DNA of 64,000 nucleotides, taken from NCBI GenBank assembly GCA_964016885.1, contig OZ024746.1:66402001-66466000 (forward strand), read 5' to 3'. The DNA comes from Eledone cirrhosa. Its lineage: Eukaryota. Under the pieces are notes generated by a model. It saw nothing but the letters and a program-made list of their open reading frames with translations, did not search any database and was not told the DNA's origin. Below are positions 1-14,189 of the stretch, piece after piece. Each line of letters starts with the position of its first letter. Within the stretch, counting starts at the first letter, position 1. The translations under genes were made by a program, and so were the position numbers.

Positions 1-185
1 TGTGTGTGTGTGTGTATAGCAACATAAGATGCTGAGGTTACATATGTCGTTTAATCATACAGCATCTTATTTTGTTATTTTTATAAAATTCTCCATTGTA
101 ACTAAACACGATTGTTGAGAGCTTTCTCGTGCTAACACCTGTTTTTACCAAAATAATCTTTTCCGAACACAATATATATATATAG

Positions 186-295
<110 letters not shown>

Positions 296-317
296 ATATA
301 TATATATATATATATAG

Positions 318-398
<81 letters not shown>

Positions 399-830
399 AT
401 ATATATATAGTAATATATATATATACCAGATACAAAAATGCGTACAGCAAAAAAAAGTAATATTGTTGGAATATAAACCTTTAAAAATACAGGACAAGAA
501 ACTAAGATAAAACTTTAAAGAATTGGACAGAAATAATAAATTTGAAGACTACATATGACGTATTATCTTCGTTTTTCCGTTCATTGCCAGAGAACGTCTC
601 TATGAACCACCGAAGAGAACATTAGTCTACGACGTCTTGTATACCATAAACGTGGTTCCGTCTTTGCGCGTAATTGTTTTTCACCGCTCCTATTAATGAC
701 GTATTATATTCGTTTTTTCCCGTTCTTTGCCAGCGAACGTTACCACGAACCAAAGTATCGTCTTCCTGTCTTCCTCCGGTTGCAACGTTTTTTTAAATAT
801 CCACTTCTGCGTTTACAGATTGACTTTGTT

Positions 831-881
831 AGTTTCAGAAGATCCCGTTAAGGGTGAAAGCAGCGATTCTTTGCTTAAACT
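831..881 (+). ncRNA. Type I hammerhead-like motif with variant core CAGAAGA (family B)
   Basis: agttt-CAGAAGA-t.ccc/ggg.t-GAA-AGCA...TGCT-T-aaact; stems I, II and III all pair. Further copies on the minus strand at 23851-23901 and 44184-44233. Confidence 0.55.
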
Positions 882-938
882 TTAATCTGTTATTTTAATA
901 AATATATATATATATACTTATATATATATATATATATA

Positions 939-1015
<77 letters not shown>

Positions 1016-1090
1016 ATGTAGTTGACGGCGGCCTGGAGAACAAAAAAACAGAGAGGCAGTACAAATGATATGGTTCTTAGTTTCACGTCA

Positions 1091-1114
1091 TTTCGGACAT
1101 AAGCCCTTCATCAG
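1091..1114 (-). ncRNA. Hammerhead core remnant
   Basis: Reverse complement reads CTGATGA-ag-ggc-ttat-gtc-c-GAAA. Stems I and III are degenerate. Confidence 0.45.
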
Positions 1115-1863
1115 GAGAACAGTGGTTGGAAGAGAGTTCCGAGAGTGTGTGGGGGAATGATGGAAAAACATAAAAAAAAAGTGGGGAGGGGCGGGAGGAA
1201 AAAATGTTTTAAAATATATATATATATAAATCCAGCTTACAATAACAAAGAAATAAAAATTGTCGAAATTATAGTTGACGACAATTAAATTGATACTGAT
1301 AATGGTAACCTTGAATTTGACGAAGGCGAATTTGAGACTGATGTTGTTAATGACTTTGCAGAGAACCTGCAACAACTATTGATATCCTTATGATTAGGCA
1401 GAGAGAACCTATATTTGAGTGGGTGGCAAAATATGGAGCGTGACATTCCTGTAATTCGCCAGAGCATTGGCAACTGAAGTAGAATGGTTTAATCTGGAGA
1501 TCAAAACCGCGTCAATTTCTAGCACTAGGTACGTCATCCTTTTATTTACCTCACACTTAGTAAATTGTTTGTGGGTGCGAATATATATATTTGCATTTCT
1601 CTACGAGTACACATATATGCGGCATGTGGAATGGGAATATTTGCAAGACTGTCAGTTTTACTGTTAGAAAAGTTGATTTGGAAATATGGCTGACCTTTTC
1701 ATCATCATGTACGTTATCTCAATTAATAACGCTCAAGTATGCACTGTAAATAAGCAACAATCATCCAGGTTGGATATGCAATTCTTCCATGAAGATCAAA
1801 TTATCGATCGCTTCACATATACTTTGCCCTGCTAATCTCTCTCTATATCTCTATGTATCCCCC

Positions 1864-1961
<98 letters not shown>

Positions 1962-1966
1962 GTAAA

Positions 1967-2025
<59 letters not shown>

Positions 2026-2092
2026 ATACTTTGGGATGGTCATGTTGTAAATATATATAAATATATATATATATAAATATATATATAAATAT

Positions 2093-2160
<68 letters not shown>

Positions 2161-2375
2161 ATATATATATACACACACATGGAGAGAGAGAAATGTTACA
2201 GGGAGAGGGAAACACAGGCACATATATATATATATATATATATATATACATGATAAGCGTCTATGAATATACGTGTTTCTGTGTATATTAATTTCACTAT
2301 CTTCAGTGAAAATACATTCCACAGGAAACCTTATGATCAGACAAGACAGCAGATATCCTTAAAGGTTAATACATC

Positions 2376-2406
<31 letters not shown>

Positions 2407-2539
2407 GCTTTTCTCTTCCTCCCCCCCTCTCTCTATCTATCTATCTGCTTTCCTATTTCTCTCTCCCCCCTCTCTCTCTCTCTCTGCTTATATGTATATA
2501 TATATATGTATATACATGTGTGTGTACATATATATACGG

Positions 2540-2570
<31 letters not shown>

Positions 2571-2577
2571 TTATATA

Positions 2578-2698
2578 ATATTTAATATAGAAATGGGTTC
2601 TACAGGATTAGAAATGTTTCATTCGTATGAAATCATGTGTGGATGTTATACGAATGAAATATTTCCAGTCCGGTTGATGCCATTTCTATATTAAATAT
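2578..2698. mobile_element. Degenerate foldback mini-element (family E, HHR 3' halves in the arms)
   Basis: Arms atttaatatagaaatgg...tttcattcgtat / atacgaatgaaa...ccatttctatattaaat. Related to the HHR at 51526-51576. Confidence 0.6.
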
Positions 2699-2825
2699 TT
2701 TGTTTACTGTTTACACACTACTAATGTTTTGAATACATTTCTAAATGTTATTACTCCCGTTTTAACACGGGATATACAGATTTCCAACCCACCCGTCCCC
2801 TCAATCTATCTTATTTCTCATTATT

Positions 2826-2861
2826 TCTTCTGATGAAGGACTAGTGTCCGAAATGTTAAGA
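2826..2861 (+). ncRNA. Minimal type I hammerhead ribozyme
   Basis: tctt-CTGATGA-a-ggac-tagt-gtcc-GAA-ATGT-T-aaga. Confidence 0.65.
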
Positions 2862-3021
2862 CCCTCTTCCTTCTATATCAAGTGTTAACCTAATATATCC
2901 CTTCCATATTGTGTTGTTATTTCTGTTTAACTTTTACATACATACATACATATCTATATATATATATATATATATATACATATATATACGTGTGTGTGGG
3001 TGTGGGTGTGTGTGTGTGTGT

Positions 3022-3088
<67 letters not shown>

Positions 3089-3232
3089 CTACTGTATTAT
3101 TAAGGAATGCAACTGCAATGGAAATAGTGATTTTGAATTCTTGCAAAGGCCAACCCCAAACCTCAAGTGTGAAGGTTAAACAATTGATAGATCAACTTCT
3201 CCGTAAAAATGAGATGAAAGGAATTCGAACTC

Positions 3233-3281
<49 letters not shown>

Positions 3282-3415
3282 AAAGTGAGGTTTTTCTTAC
3301 AAAATGAAAAATAACCGAGGTATCCTACACGAGTGGAAGTATAAAGAAAAAGAGATGAAATCGAAAATGCAACTAAAGTCTTATTTTTTTTTTAAATATA
3401 TATATTTATTTGGTT

Positions 3416-3453
3416 CCTTTACCGGTTTCGCAGTTCTTCTGCTTTTCAAAAGG
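3416..3453 (-). ncRNA. Minimal type I hammerhead, U3-A8 core variant
   Basis: Reverse complement: cctt-TTGAAAA-gcag-aagaa-ctgc-GAA-ACCGGT-A-aagg. Helix III is the palindrome ACCGGT. Confidence 0.7.
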
Positions 3454-3479
3454 TGAGTTGAGATGGAGGGTCTGTGGTT

Positions 3480-3510
<31 letters not shown>

Positions 3511-4059
3511 GAGTGTGTGTGTATGTATTTCGTATTACAAGAAGACGTAAATGTATTTTTTAGGTTCGCTCTTGCATCAGTTTGAAATTCATTCATTTAT
3601 CACGTTAAGGAGTATTACGGGAAAGTTAAAACATAGAAAAAGAGGGAACTTTCACCATGCAGCTAGATGGAATGAATTTCAAGTGAAACAATATTTCTAA
3701 CAGAAATAATACGATATAGCATAAATTTGGGGATCTTTAAGTAAAGATTGTCGACGCTAAGTTCATTATTGATATCGGGGAAAACGTTTTATGTCGGAAA
3801 TATTCACAAATATATGAACGTAAATCTAAATTCGGTTCAATTCTCACTTCCTCTCCTTCCTCTTGACGCCAAAGAAAGGGAGAGAGATAGAATTATGCTG
3901 CATTTAGATCTACGTTAGCATTTATTTTAACATGTATGATTTACATACACACACACACACACACACACACACGCGCACATATATATATTTGTGGGAGTAT
4001 GTTGAATGTTTTGCTTGTGTATTTGGATGTACATGAAGTACATATGAATTTGTATTCGT

Positions 4060-4172
<113 letters not shown>

Positions 4173-4790
4173 TATATATGTGTGTGTTATACATTAAAAA
4201 TTCAGCTTCTTCCATAACATGATATTCACTTGCTTTGTTTTGACATCAGGTGTCTGACATAAAAATCATCCGAGCTTCTGTAGCTTCCAAAGCAATAAAC
4301 AAGTTTTGAGAGATATGCATGGTGTTCATTATATCGTCAAGATCAGCATCGGATTCTCCAAAGCTTTACAACAGATATTTGGAAGATAAATTATTTTAAA
4401 TTTGTTCAAATTTACTCCTCATTTCCGATGTTACACGTTCGAAGCGATGCAAAATTTGCAAATAGATTTTCTAAAATATGTTTTATAAGTCTTATCTTAT
4501 TATATGAACTGTGCATCCGCCTATACTCAAGTATGAACAGAGAAGTATTATCAGTAAAGAAATAAATGACGATGACAACCAGAACAAACCACAGCTTTAT
4601 ACATATAACTACGGTCAATCTTAAACTGTTTTAAAACGATTTAGCGTTGACCACATGACTATATGCTTTAAATGATATCTACAAACTAATTTCTTTAATA
4701 TTCTAACAAGATTGAATTGATAACATTTTATGATTCTATCTCTCTATCACTATTTCTATTTATCTGCCTACCTATCTATCTCTTTATTTA

Positions 4791-4854
<64 letters not shown>

Positions 4855-4994
4855 CTCTCTATCTCTATATATATTAATATACTACATATATAAATAATTT
4901 TTTTTTGTCGATCACTTTCGTCAAATCGGATTAGGAAACAATGTTTCCGTTGGTCTTTCCAATTGCTAATACTATCTATCGGTCACATCTCAAG

Positions 4995-5285
<291 letters not shown>

Positions 5286-5571
5286 CATTTAAAACATATG
5301 ATAAACACGAAATGTGTTTATATTGCAACAGAAAAAGTTAGCTATTAATGAAATACACTAATTAAAGTGAATACAATTTGTCTGTCTCGATATAAGTCAA
5401 TAAAGACAAGCTTATATTGGCAACGGCCATGATTCCTGGACATATTTAAATTTCAAAATTCAAACCTGTTCTGTAGACGAATTTGAACCTCGAAACCCAA
5501 ATAAGTTTCGCAACGGTGGAATGTGAATTGAAAAATAAAGAGAATCGAAATGGAATATATATATATATAAA

Positions 5572-5621
<50 letters not shown>

Positions 5622-5699
5622 TATATATAAATGCATATATATATACATATATATATATATATGCATATATATATATAAATGCATATACATATATATAGT

Positions 5700-7446
5700 A
5701 TTAGTTATACTATTTATGGTTATGTAAACACAAAACCTTAAGCAGTTGTAAGTATTTTACACAGACCCTAAATAGTGGTAGGCAGTATTGTATTACTACC
5801 TTATTACCAGTAAGTTAAGTAGCTCAATGTAAAAACATCAGATGATTTACAGAGCAGTTATATGAAATATAAGAATCAAAGAACTGTTCAAAACATTATT
5901 GTGCTTACAGCTGTTTCCTCCAAACCGAGGTTTGGATTCTTCGGAGCAATTTATTAATGCATGGATCTTATACTACATACCCAACACTAACTGATCCATT
6001 ATAACACAAACAATGACATCCCTCTGGAACCCTTCGCAGGGAGAATACCCATTTATACCTCTGCGGCAGGTGTGACAACATCCACCCACTTGAACGGCAC
6101 TACACCGCTCTAAGGGTAATTTGAGCATGAATTGATCGGTTGGATAGAGTTGTGCAGAGGAAACACCTTCCTTAGACGGATGTAAAATGATTTAATCGAG
6201 TAGCGCTGTTGACCAGTAGGACCGGACTGCTGAGCGCAGTGGGTGAATGCATTCCAACTGCCGTGCGGGTTGTACGTATATGGATAATCTGACGGTCAGA
6301 GAGGGGTCGCGAGGACTGCGGATTGACCTTTGGCCGGCCTGGGGATAATTATCTTTCGACATCAAATGTAGCAAGCGATGACCCAGATCTTACCAGAGAT
6401 CATTGGGTCCTGAAGCAAGCCTGCAATCACCGCGCCTGGTCATATGAGCAGACTACAACCACATAGATCATTAATTTAGAATCCTCGCTCATCATCTATA
6501 ATTTCCATTTGTGGCACCTTAAGATGGGTTAATCCACCATAATAATATGATCACCTTCAGCATAACTTAATTAAACTACTCTATAGTTAATACACTTTAT
6601 GCTTTAAAAATCTCTCTTGGAAGATGCGCATCACCATAGAATTTAGGGTTTATATTGGGACACATTTTAATGGCTAGATACAGAAACCCCAGAGTTACCT
6701 CCCCGCATGCATTAACTCCCCTTAACCACACACAACCTTCCGGGCGGTATTCAATGGCGTCTCTCGAAACGTAACAACCTCCTGTATCGAACTAAAGAAC
6801 ACCAGACTACGATCTCTAGCTGGATTGTCGTGGATTATGTGAAGGGCATATAATCGAAAAATATACTCCCCTGATCATGAAAATGCCGAAGTACATGAAA
6901 TACTTGACATCCCTGCGCTGTGCATCTCCATTACTTATAACACTTTTAATGCTTGCACTATCTTTAATGCTTATAATATTTCTCCACACACAGACTATAT
7001 CAATCATATAAAGAATTTGCCACCAGATCTACCAACCTAACACTCTTATTTACCTACCTAAGTGACTCTACCACACATATCTCTCTGCCACACTATATAA
7101 ACAAGACGCACATGCGTGCCACACATATAACATTTGAACTATATAACCGCTTATCTTCATGTTGTATTTTAACCTATATCTTTGATTTTTGATTGTACCT
7201 ATTAATATAAATGTAATCTCGAAGTGTGTACTGCCACTCTAAATTCTGTAATGAATGTTGACCCACAATGTTTGAATATGTATCAATGTTTGAATATGTA
7301 TTGGTATGTCTCTCGGCTGAAAAGGAGGTCATATAACTGTCCATGCATTAATAAATTGCTCCGGAGAATCCAAACCTCGGTTTGGAGGAAACAGCTGTAA
7401 GCACAATAATGTTTTGAACAGTTCTTTGATTCTTATATTTCATATA
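5700..7446. mobile_element. Non-autonomous element with ~107-bp inverted termini, each carrying an HHR, plus a left tail
   Basis: 5859-5965 is the near-exact reverse complement of 7340-7446. HHR gct-CCG(A/G)AGA-a.tccaaac/gtttgga.g-GAA-ACAGCTGT-A-agc at 5903-5947(-) and 7358-7402(+). Flanked by TA-rich repeats. Confidence 0.8.
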
Positions 7447-7528
7447 CATATATATATATATATACATATATATAGAGAGAGATAGATAAATATACATGGG
7501 TGTGTATGATTGTGTATAGAAGATTATT

Positions 7529-7925
7529 TTAATAAGAGGAATTCCAACTTTGTCTGATTTACTTGTTTTATTTACAATCCTTTAAAATTGATAATGGTAT
7601 TATAAGGAAATAGTATGATAGAATATTAAATGTTAAGTGTTAATTGAACAAGTACTTTCATGCTTTCTCAATCTTCAGGTTCATAATGTGTGGTGACAGT
7701 CAAGTTTGCAATTTTCAACTTTGAAATTTTCACAGTTGAAAATTGCAAACTTGACTGTCACCCCACATTATGAACATGAAGATTGCGAAAGCATGAAAGT
7801 ACTTGTTCAATTAACACTTAACATTTAATATTCTATCATACTATTTCATTATAATACCATTATAAATTTTAAAGGATTGTAAATAAAACGAGTAAATCTG
7901 ACAAAGTTGGAATTCCTCTTATTAA
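7529..7925. mobile_element. ~400-bp foldback mini-element with an HHR in each arm
   Basis: Near-perfect palindrome centred near 7727. Consensus gaac-CTGAAGA-t.tgc-gaaa-gca.t-GAA-AGTACT-T-gttc at 7646-7682(-) and 7772-7808(+). Confidence 0.85.
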
Positions 7926-8054
7926 TACATATATATATATATATAAATATATATATATATATTTATACATATATATATTTATACATATATATATATATAC
8001 ATATATATACATATATATATATACATATATATATACATATATATATATACATAC

Positions 8055-8612
<558 letters not shown>

Positions 8613-8627
8613 AATATATATATATAC

Positions 8628-9009
<382 letters not shown>

Positions 9010-9011
<2 letters not shown>

Positions 9012-9355
9012 GGAAGCACTCTACAGGAATATAATTTTCCAGAGTTATTAATATTAAAATACAAATATTAATAAGATAGATGTTCTTTTGATCAATAAAA
9101 TTTTATTATACTTATTTCGGAGTTACAACAGTACGTCCTCATCAGATGAAATACAATGATACATGACATACCCTGAGATGTTAAGTGGTTAAGATTTAAT
9201 CAAGGACTTCCTTTATTAAATCTTAACCATTTAACATATCAGGGTATGTCATGTATCATTATATTTTATCTGATGAGGACGTACTGTTGTACCTCCGAAA
9301 TATCTATAATAAAATTTTATTTGTCAAAAGAACATCTATTTTATTAATATTTGTA

Positions 9356-9363
<8 letters not shown>
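9010..9363. mobile_element. Foldback mini-element with an HHR in each arm and a left tail
   Basis: Palindrome 9051-9363. ttttat-CTGATGA-gga.cgtac/gtac.c.tcc-GAA-ATATCTAT-A-ataaaa at 9264-9314(+); mirror copy at 9101-9151(-). Confidence 0.85.
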
Positions 9364-9398
<35 letters not shown>

Positions 9399-9577
9399 TA
9401 TATATATATATATAATTATATATATATATATATATAATTATATATATATATATATATATATAATTATATATATATATATATATAATTATATATATATATA
9501 TATATATAATTATATATATATATATATATATAATTATAATATATAAGAACAAAAGATGGTTAAACGTGTTCCATATA

Positions 9578-9643
9578 TTTTATTATGCGCATTTCAAAAA
9601 AAATATCATCATGCAATAATATTTGTGTTTTCATCAGATAAAA
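9578..9643 (-). ncRNA. Type I hammerhead ribozyme
   Basis: Reverse complement: ttttat-CTGATGA-[stem II]-GAA-ATGCGCAT-A-ataaaa. Helix III is palindromic. Confidence 0.75.
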
Positions 9644-9783
9644 CAGGAAGACATGATATGAAGGTTAAAAAACACTTGTGGATAGTGCAGTTTTAAATCA
9701 ACATTTATTGTACTACAATAAAACTCACCTTCCTATATAATTATATATATATATATAATTATAGATATATATATTTATATATA

Positions 9784-9864
<81 letters not shown>

Positions 9865-9867
<3 letters not shown>

Positions 9868-10194
9868 TTTTGAGTTTATGTTGGTTGTATACCAACACCT
9901 CAGTATGCAGGCTGGAGCACTCGACGAAGTGCGCAGGTTGGTTTGGTTACTCCGGAGTAGTGTAAAATAAAGTTAAATAAAAGTCAAATGATTAAAATTT
10001 AGCTTCGTTTATTACTGCTATATATATTTCAGTGACAGCCATCTTTGGCTGTGACCTCTTCAGGCAGTTTGAATTAGTATTACTAATTCAAACTGCCTGA
10101 AGAGGTCACAGCCAAAGATGGCTGTCACTGAAATATATATAGCAGTAATAAACGAAGCTAAATTTTAATCATTTGACTTTTATTTAACTTTATT
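9865..10194. mobile_element. Perfect 229-bp foldback element with two intact HHRs and a ~100-bp left tail
   Basis: 9966-10194 is a palindrome around the single base 10080. actgc-CTGAAGA-[acagcc/ggctgt]-GAA-ATATATAT-A-gcagt at 10092-10146(+) and 10014-10068(-). Confidence 0.9.
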
Positions 10195-10227
<33 letters not shown>

Positions 10228-10303
10228 ACTATATTTACTCTTTTACCTGTTTCAGCCATCCGGCTGAGGCCATGCTGGGGCACCGCCCTTGTTGCTACAC
10301 ATT

Positions 10304-13290
10304 TTATCTCCAGCCTGTATAGGTTGGCCACTGGTGTAAGAGGGAGTTTTTTGCTGCTGCCCTTAGGTTTCCCTCGTGTCTTGCTGTGGGCTCATCCGGG
10401 ATCCTGGATAACAAGGTGTCGAGATATTTCTTAAAGACATCCACCTCCACGTCATGCAAGTCTCTCAGATGCCTCGGCAGCCTGTTGAAGAGTTGAGGGC
10501 CCTTGAATCCCAGGCTATTGCAATACCTGCTCCTTATTCTAGATGTGGAAGACGGGACCTTTGGCACCACACAGTGACGTCCTGTTCGACGGTTGGTCCA
10601 GCTCCCAATGCCAAAGTTTGGTGCTAGTCCCTCCAGGATTTTCCACATGTAGATCACTTCGTATCTCTCCCGTCTTCGCTCCAAGGAGTAGAGGCTCAGT
10701 TCCTTTAGCCTCTCCCAGTAGCTTGTCTCCCTCATCTTGGCAAACCTCTTGGTGTAGCTTCGCTGGATTGCCTCAAGCTCCGTGGTTAGTTTGACACTAT
10801 GGGGTGACCACAACTGGGAGCAGTAGTCCAGGCGGCTTAGGACAAAAGTCCTCCATAGTGTCAACATGGTGTCTCGATCTCTTGTCCGGAAAGTCCTCAA
10901 GATCCAGCCAGCGAGTCGTCTGCACGTTGTCGCCACTTTCATGATGTGTGAAGAAAAAGATGCATCATCGCTCATGTCTATGCCCAGGTCTCGTATCGAT
11001 TTTGACACGGGGATATCGGTCCCTCCTGGTCCTGTGTAGCTGTGTTCCACTATATTTGTGTTTGCAGGTTTGTATTGTAGGGCTTGGAATTTGCCAGCAT
11101 TAAACTGCATGTTGTTTTCTTCCGCCCATCTGTATATGGCATCCAGATCCTGCTGTAAAAGGCCAGCGTCAGCCGGGTTTTTGATTGCCTGTGCTACCTT
11201 AGTGTCATCAGCATATTAGTGTGGGATGTTGTTGCATGCACCACAGAGGGCATGTCCGAGAGAGCCACCAAAAATAGTAGTGGTCCCAGGACTGTCCCCT
11301 GGGGCACCCCACTTCTTATCGGTGTTTCCCTCGAGAGGGCCCCATTTGCTGCGACTTCCTGGCTTCTGTCCCTTAGGAAGCTATGCAGCCACTCACCTAC
11401 TTTTCCAGTTATGCCGAGTCCGTGTAGTTTGTGACATATCATTCCGTGGTCGACCTTGCGAAAGGCCTTCGCAAAGTCAAGATATATCCCGTCCACATGT
11501 GAGCTGTCTAGTAGTTGTCTCAGTACCCAGTCGTAGTGATGTAGCAGCTGTGTAAGGCAGCTTCTTCCTGGGCGGAAGCCATGTTGCGTGCTAGTCAGGC
11601 GGTCATTTTCTTCGAGGAAAGTGATTAGTTACTTTCTGACGACTCGCTCCATGACCTTACTGATATGCGACGTCAGGGGGACTGGCCTATAGTTCTTGGC
11701 CTCCACTCTACTACCTCCTTTATGGATAGGGCATATTGTGCCTTCTTTCAGCTCCCCGGGTAGTACACCGCTAGCCAAGGAGCTTCTGAAGAGCATCTTC
11801 AGTGGAGTTGCTAAGGCCCGCTTACGTATTTTTAAGAGAACTGCTGGGAATCCATCAGGTCCAGCAGCCGAGTCTGTTCTAATTTCATCAATGGCGTACA
11901 CCACATCCTCCTCCGTTATGTCTATGTGGTTGATGGTTGCCATTTCTTGATGTAGTGTTGTGGCATCAAAGAACTCCTCTGGCTTCGTTATTTGCATGTG
12001 CCTCAGTGGACATGTGAAGACACTTTTGTACTGTTCGTTCAGTATTTCACATATCTCTTGGGGATTTTCGGTTAATGAACCGTCCGTGTGGAAGAGTGGC
12101 CCAATCTTGCAGTGTACTGAGGCAGTTTCTTTTGCAAATTTAAAGAAGGCCTTAGGGTTTGTTTTAATGTTTTCTATGGCCCTGTTCTCTTTCTTTGCCC
12201 TCTCATTCTCATGTGAAAGTTTGAGTGCAATCTCGGTGTCAAGTAGTGCACGTTTCAAATAGGATTCCTTCTTGTTTTTGTTTTGTTGACTATTCAACTG
12301 GTTTGAGAGTTTAGTTCTACGTCTCATAAGGATTTTCCTATCTCTGGGAATAAGATTTTTGTGTCTGTTTGCCTCTTTCTCCGGGACACACTTTTTGCAT
12401 ATGGTGTGTATCGTTGTCATGAAGTGTTGAAATTGTGTGTTAGTGTCTTGTGTGGCGGTGTTTTCACTCCATGTTTGCTTCCGGATTTCACTCTTAATCT
12501 TTTTCCAGTTAGCCTTGTAGAAGTTAAGGTTGGATAGCGTCCCGGAGCTTCTTGGTGGTTTTGTCTCTGTTGGTTCTCCTGGACCACATATCATTAGCTC
12601 TACTAAGTTATGATCCGAGAGAATTGTTGGTGTCACCTTTACATTGTGGATGAGCACTTCGTTGTTTGTAAAACAGAGGTCCAGGACATTTTCGCCTCTT
12701 GTTGGGAGGAGTATTGCTTGCTCCATGAACAGCCTGTGTGTGAGGGCCAGCAGGGATTCCGTCTGTCTCTGTTCTATTGACGTCATTCCAGGGAGGAGGT
12801 GGTCCTCAGGCCATTTGACCTTTGGTAGGTTGAAGTCTCCCAGCAGTAGGATGTTGAGACCCTGGTCCAGTTTGTCAAGGACCTCTTCTATTCTACTTAG
12901 GCTATCCTCAAATTTACCCTCATGACTGGGGACATCGGGCGGCCGATATGTGACACATATTACTGTCTGTAGTTGCTTCATATGTATTATCAGTGTGTCA
13001 CAGACTGAGTTTGAATGTGTCAACAGTACAATTGGGGTGACATCTTCACGGATATACAGAGCAACCCCACCATGAGTTCTCTCCTTCCTGTCCGAACGAA
13101 ATACAGTATATTTCGGTATATGTATTTCTGCATCTGCTGGTCAGGTGCGTTTCGGTTAGTGCCATGCATAGTGCTTGATTGCTTATGGCTAAGTCTCCCA
13201 AGTAGGAAATTTTACTCATGTTACTGAGTTTCACCAGGCCCCTGACATTCAGCAGCAGCACTGGTGTGACTTTTGGGGTGCCAGTAATGG
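10304..13290 (-). pseudogene. LINE ORF2 (APE endonuclease + reverse transcriptase), disrupted
   Basis: LNVRGL, LTETHL, YRPP, GDFNLP, SDHNLV, NYRPV, YLDFAKAF, SGVPQGTVLGPLLF, MQFNAGKF spread over several frames. Confidence 0.92.
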
Positions 13291-13353
13291 CTGTCAGTAT
13301 GACACCTGGTCTGGTGTCAGCAGCGGCCACTCTGGGTCCCTTAACTGCGGTGG

Positions 13354-14189
13354 TCACGAGTGCTGGTGTGGATGACCCTGGCTCTGGAGACGATGCAGCC
13401 AGGTCAGCTGTCCCACAATCTTCTCTGCCATCACCAAAAATTTTTTCTGATCTGCTGCTGCCATCTGTATCTCGTCGGCATGTGTGTGCCTTCTCCTTGT
13501 TGGTGCGGCACGCGCGATATCAGCATACTTCTGGAGCGGCTTATTTCGGCTTTGGCTGGGGCATGTTGCGCGAGTATGATGGGCATAGTTCGTTTGAGAC
13601 CTAGGGTGGGCGAATCTGCATCCCATCCCTGTCTCTCCATGTCAGCATGTCCCGTTCTTGAAAAACTTGCACATTACTTGGGGTTTTTTGCTCCCAGTGC
13701 TCGGTGCTTTCTGTTCTTCCTTTGAACAGTTGTCCACTGGTCCCTCTGCGCGTGGTTCTCCTTCGGAAGGTGATTTCGCTTTTCACCTTTGCCCTTAGCT
13801 TGTTGGTTGCCCGGCCTGCCCTCCCTGCCTGTGGCGGAGGGTATATCATTTTCTTTCAGGTCCGTGCTTGTGCTCTCCTCCTTTTCTTTTTCCTCCTCCT
13901 TTTCCCTCTCCTTCTCCTCGTCCCTCCCTTCGGTTTTCTCCTCCCTGAGGACACGGCTTAGCATCGCCATATGTGGCGCTATGAGGATATACGCCTTCTC
14001 AATTTCTTTTCTCTTTCTCTCTATCTGTGCCAGGGTCCTCAGAAACCCATGGCTCTTCAGGTTCTCCGCCATCTGTTTGCTTTGTGGAGACCCATCAGCC
14101 ATGGTCCACCCCTTGATCAAAACCGCTAGTTCCATCTTTGACCAGTTTCGTTGACTCCTAATTTCACCTTTTTCCTGCATGCAGTCCAT
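13354..14189 (-). pseudogene. LINE ORF1 with Myb/SANT(trihelix)-like N-terminus and CCCH zinc finger, disrupted
   Basis: ATG at 14189. WSKMELAVLIKGW...MAENLKSHGFLRTLAQIERKRKEIEKAY; after a frameshift, CKFFKNGTC*HGETGMGCRFAHP. Confidence 0.6.

Noticed and set aside
1280-1535. Exon-like sequence ending at an ag|gtacgt donor
   Set aside because: All three plus-strand frames are interrupted by stops.
4200-4390. Exon-like sequence
   Set aside because: The frames I checked contain stops or give only short peptides with no recognisable product.
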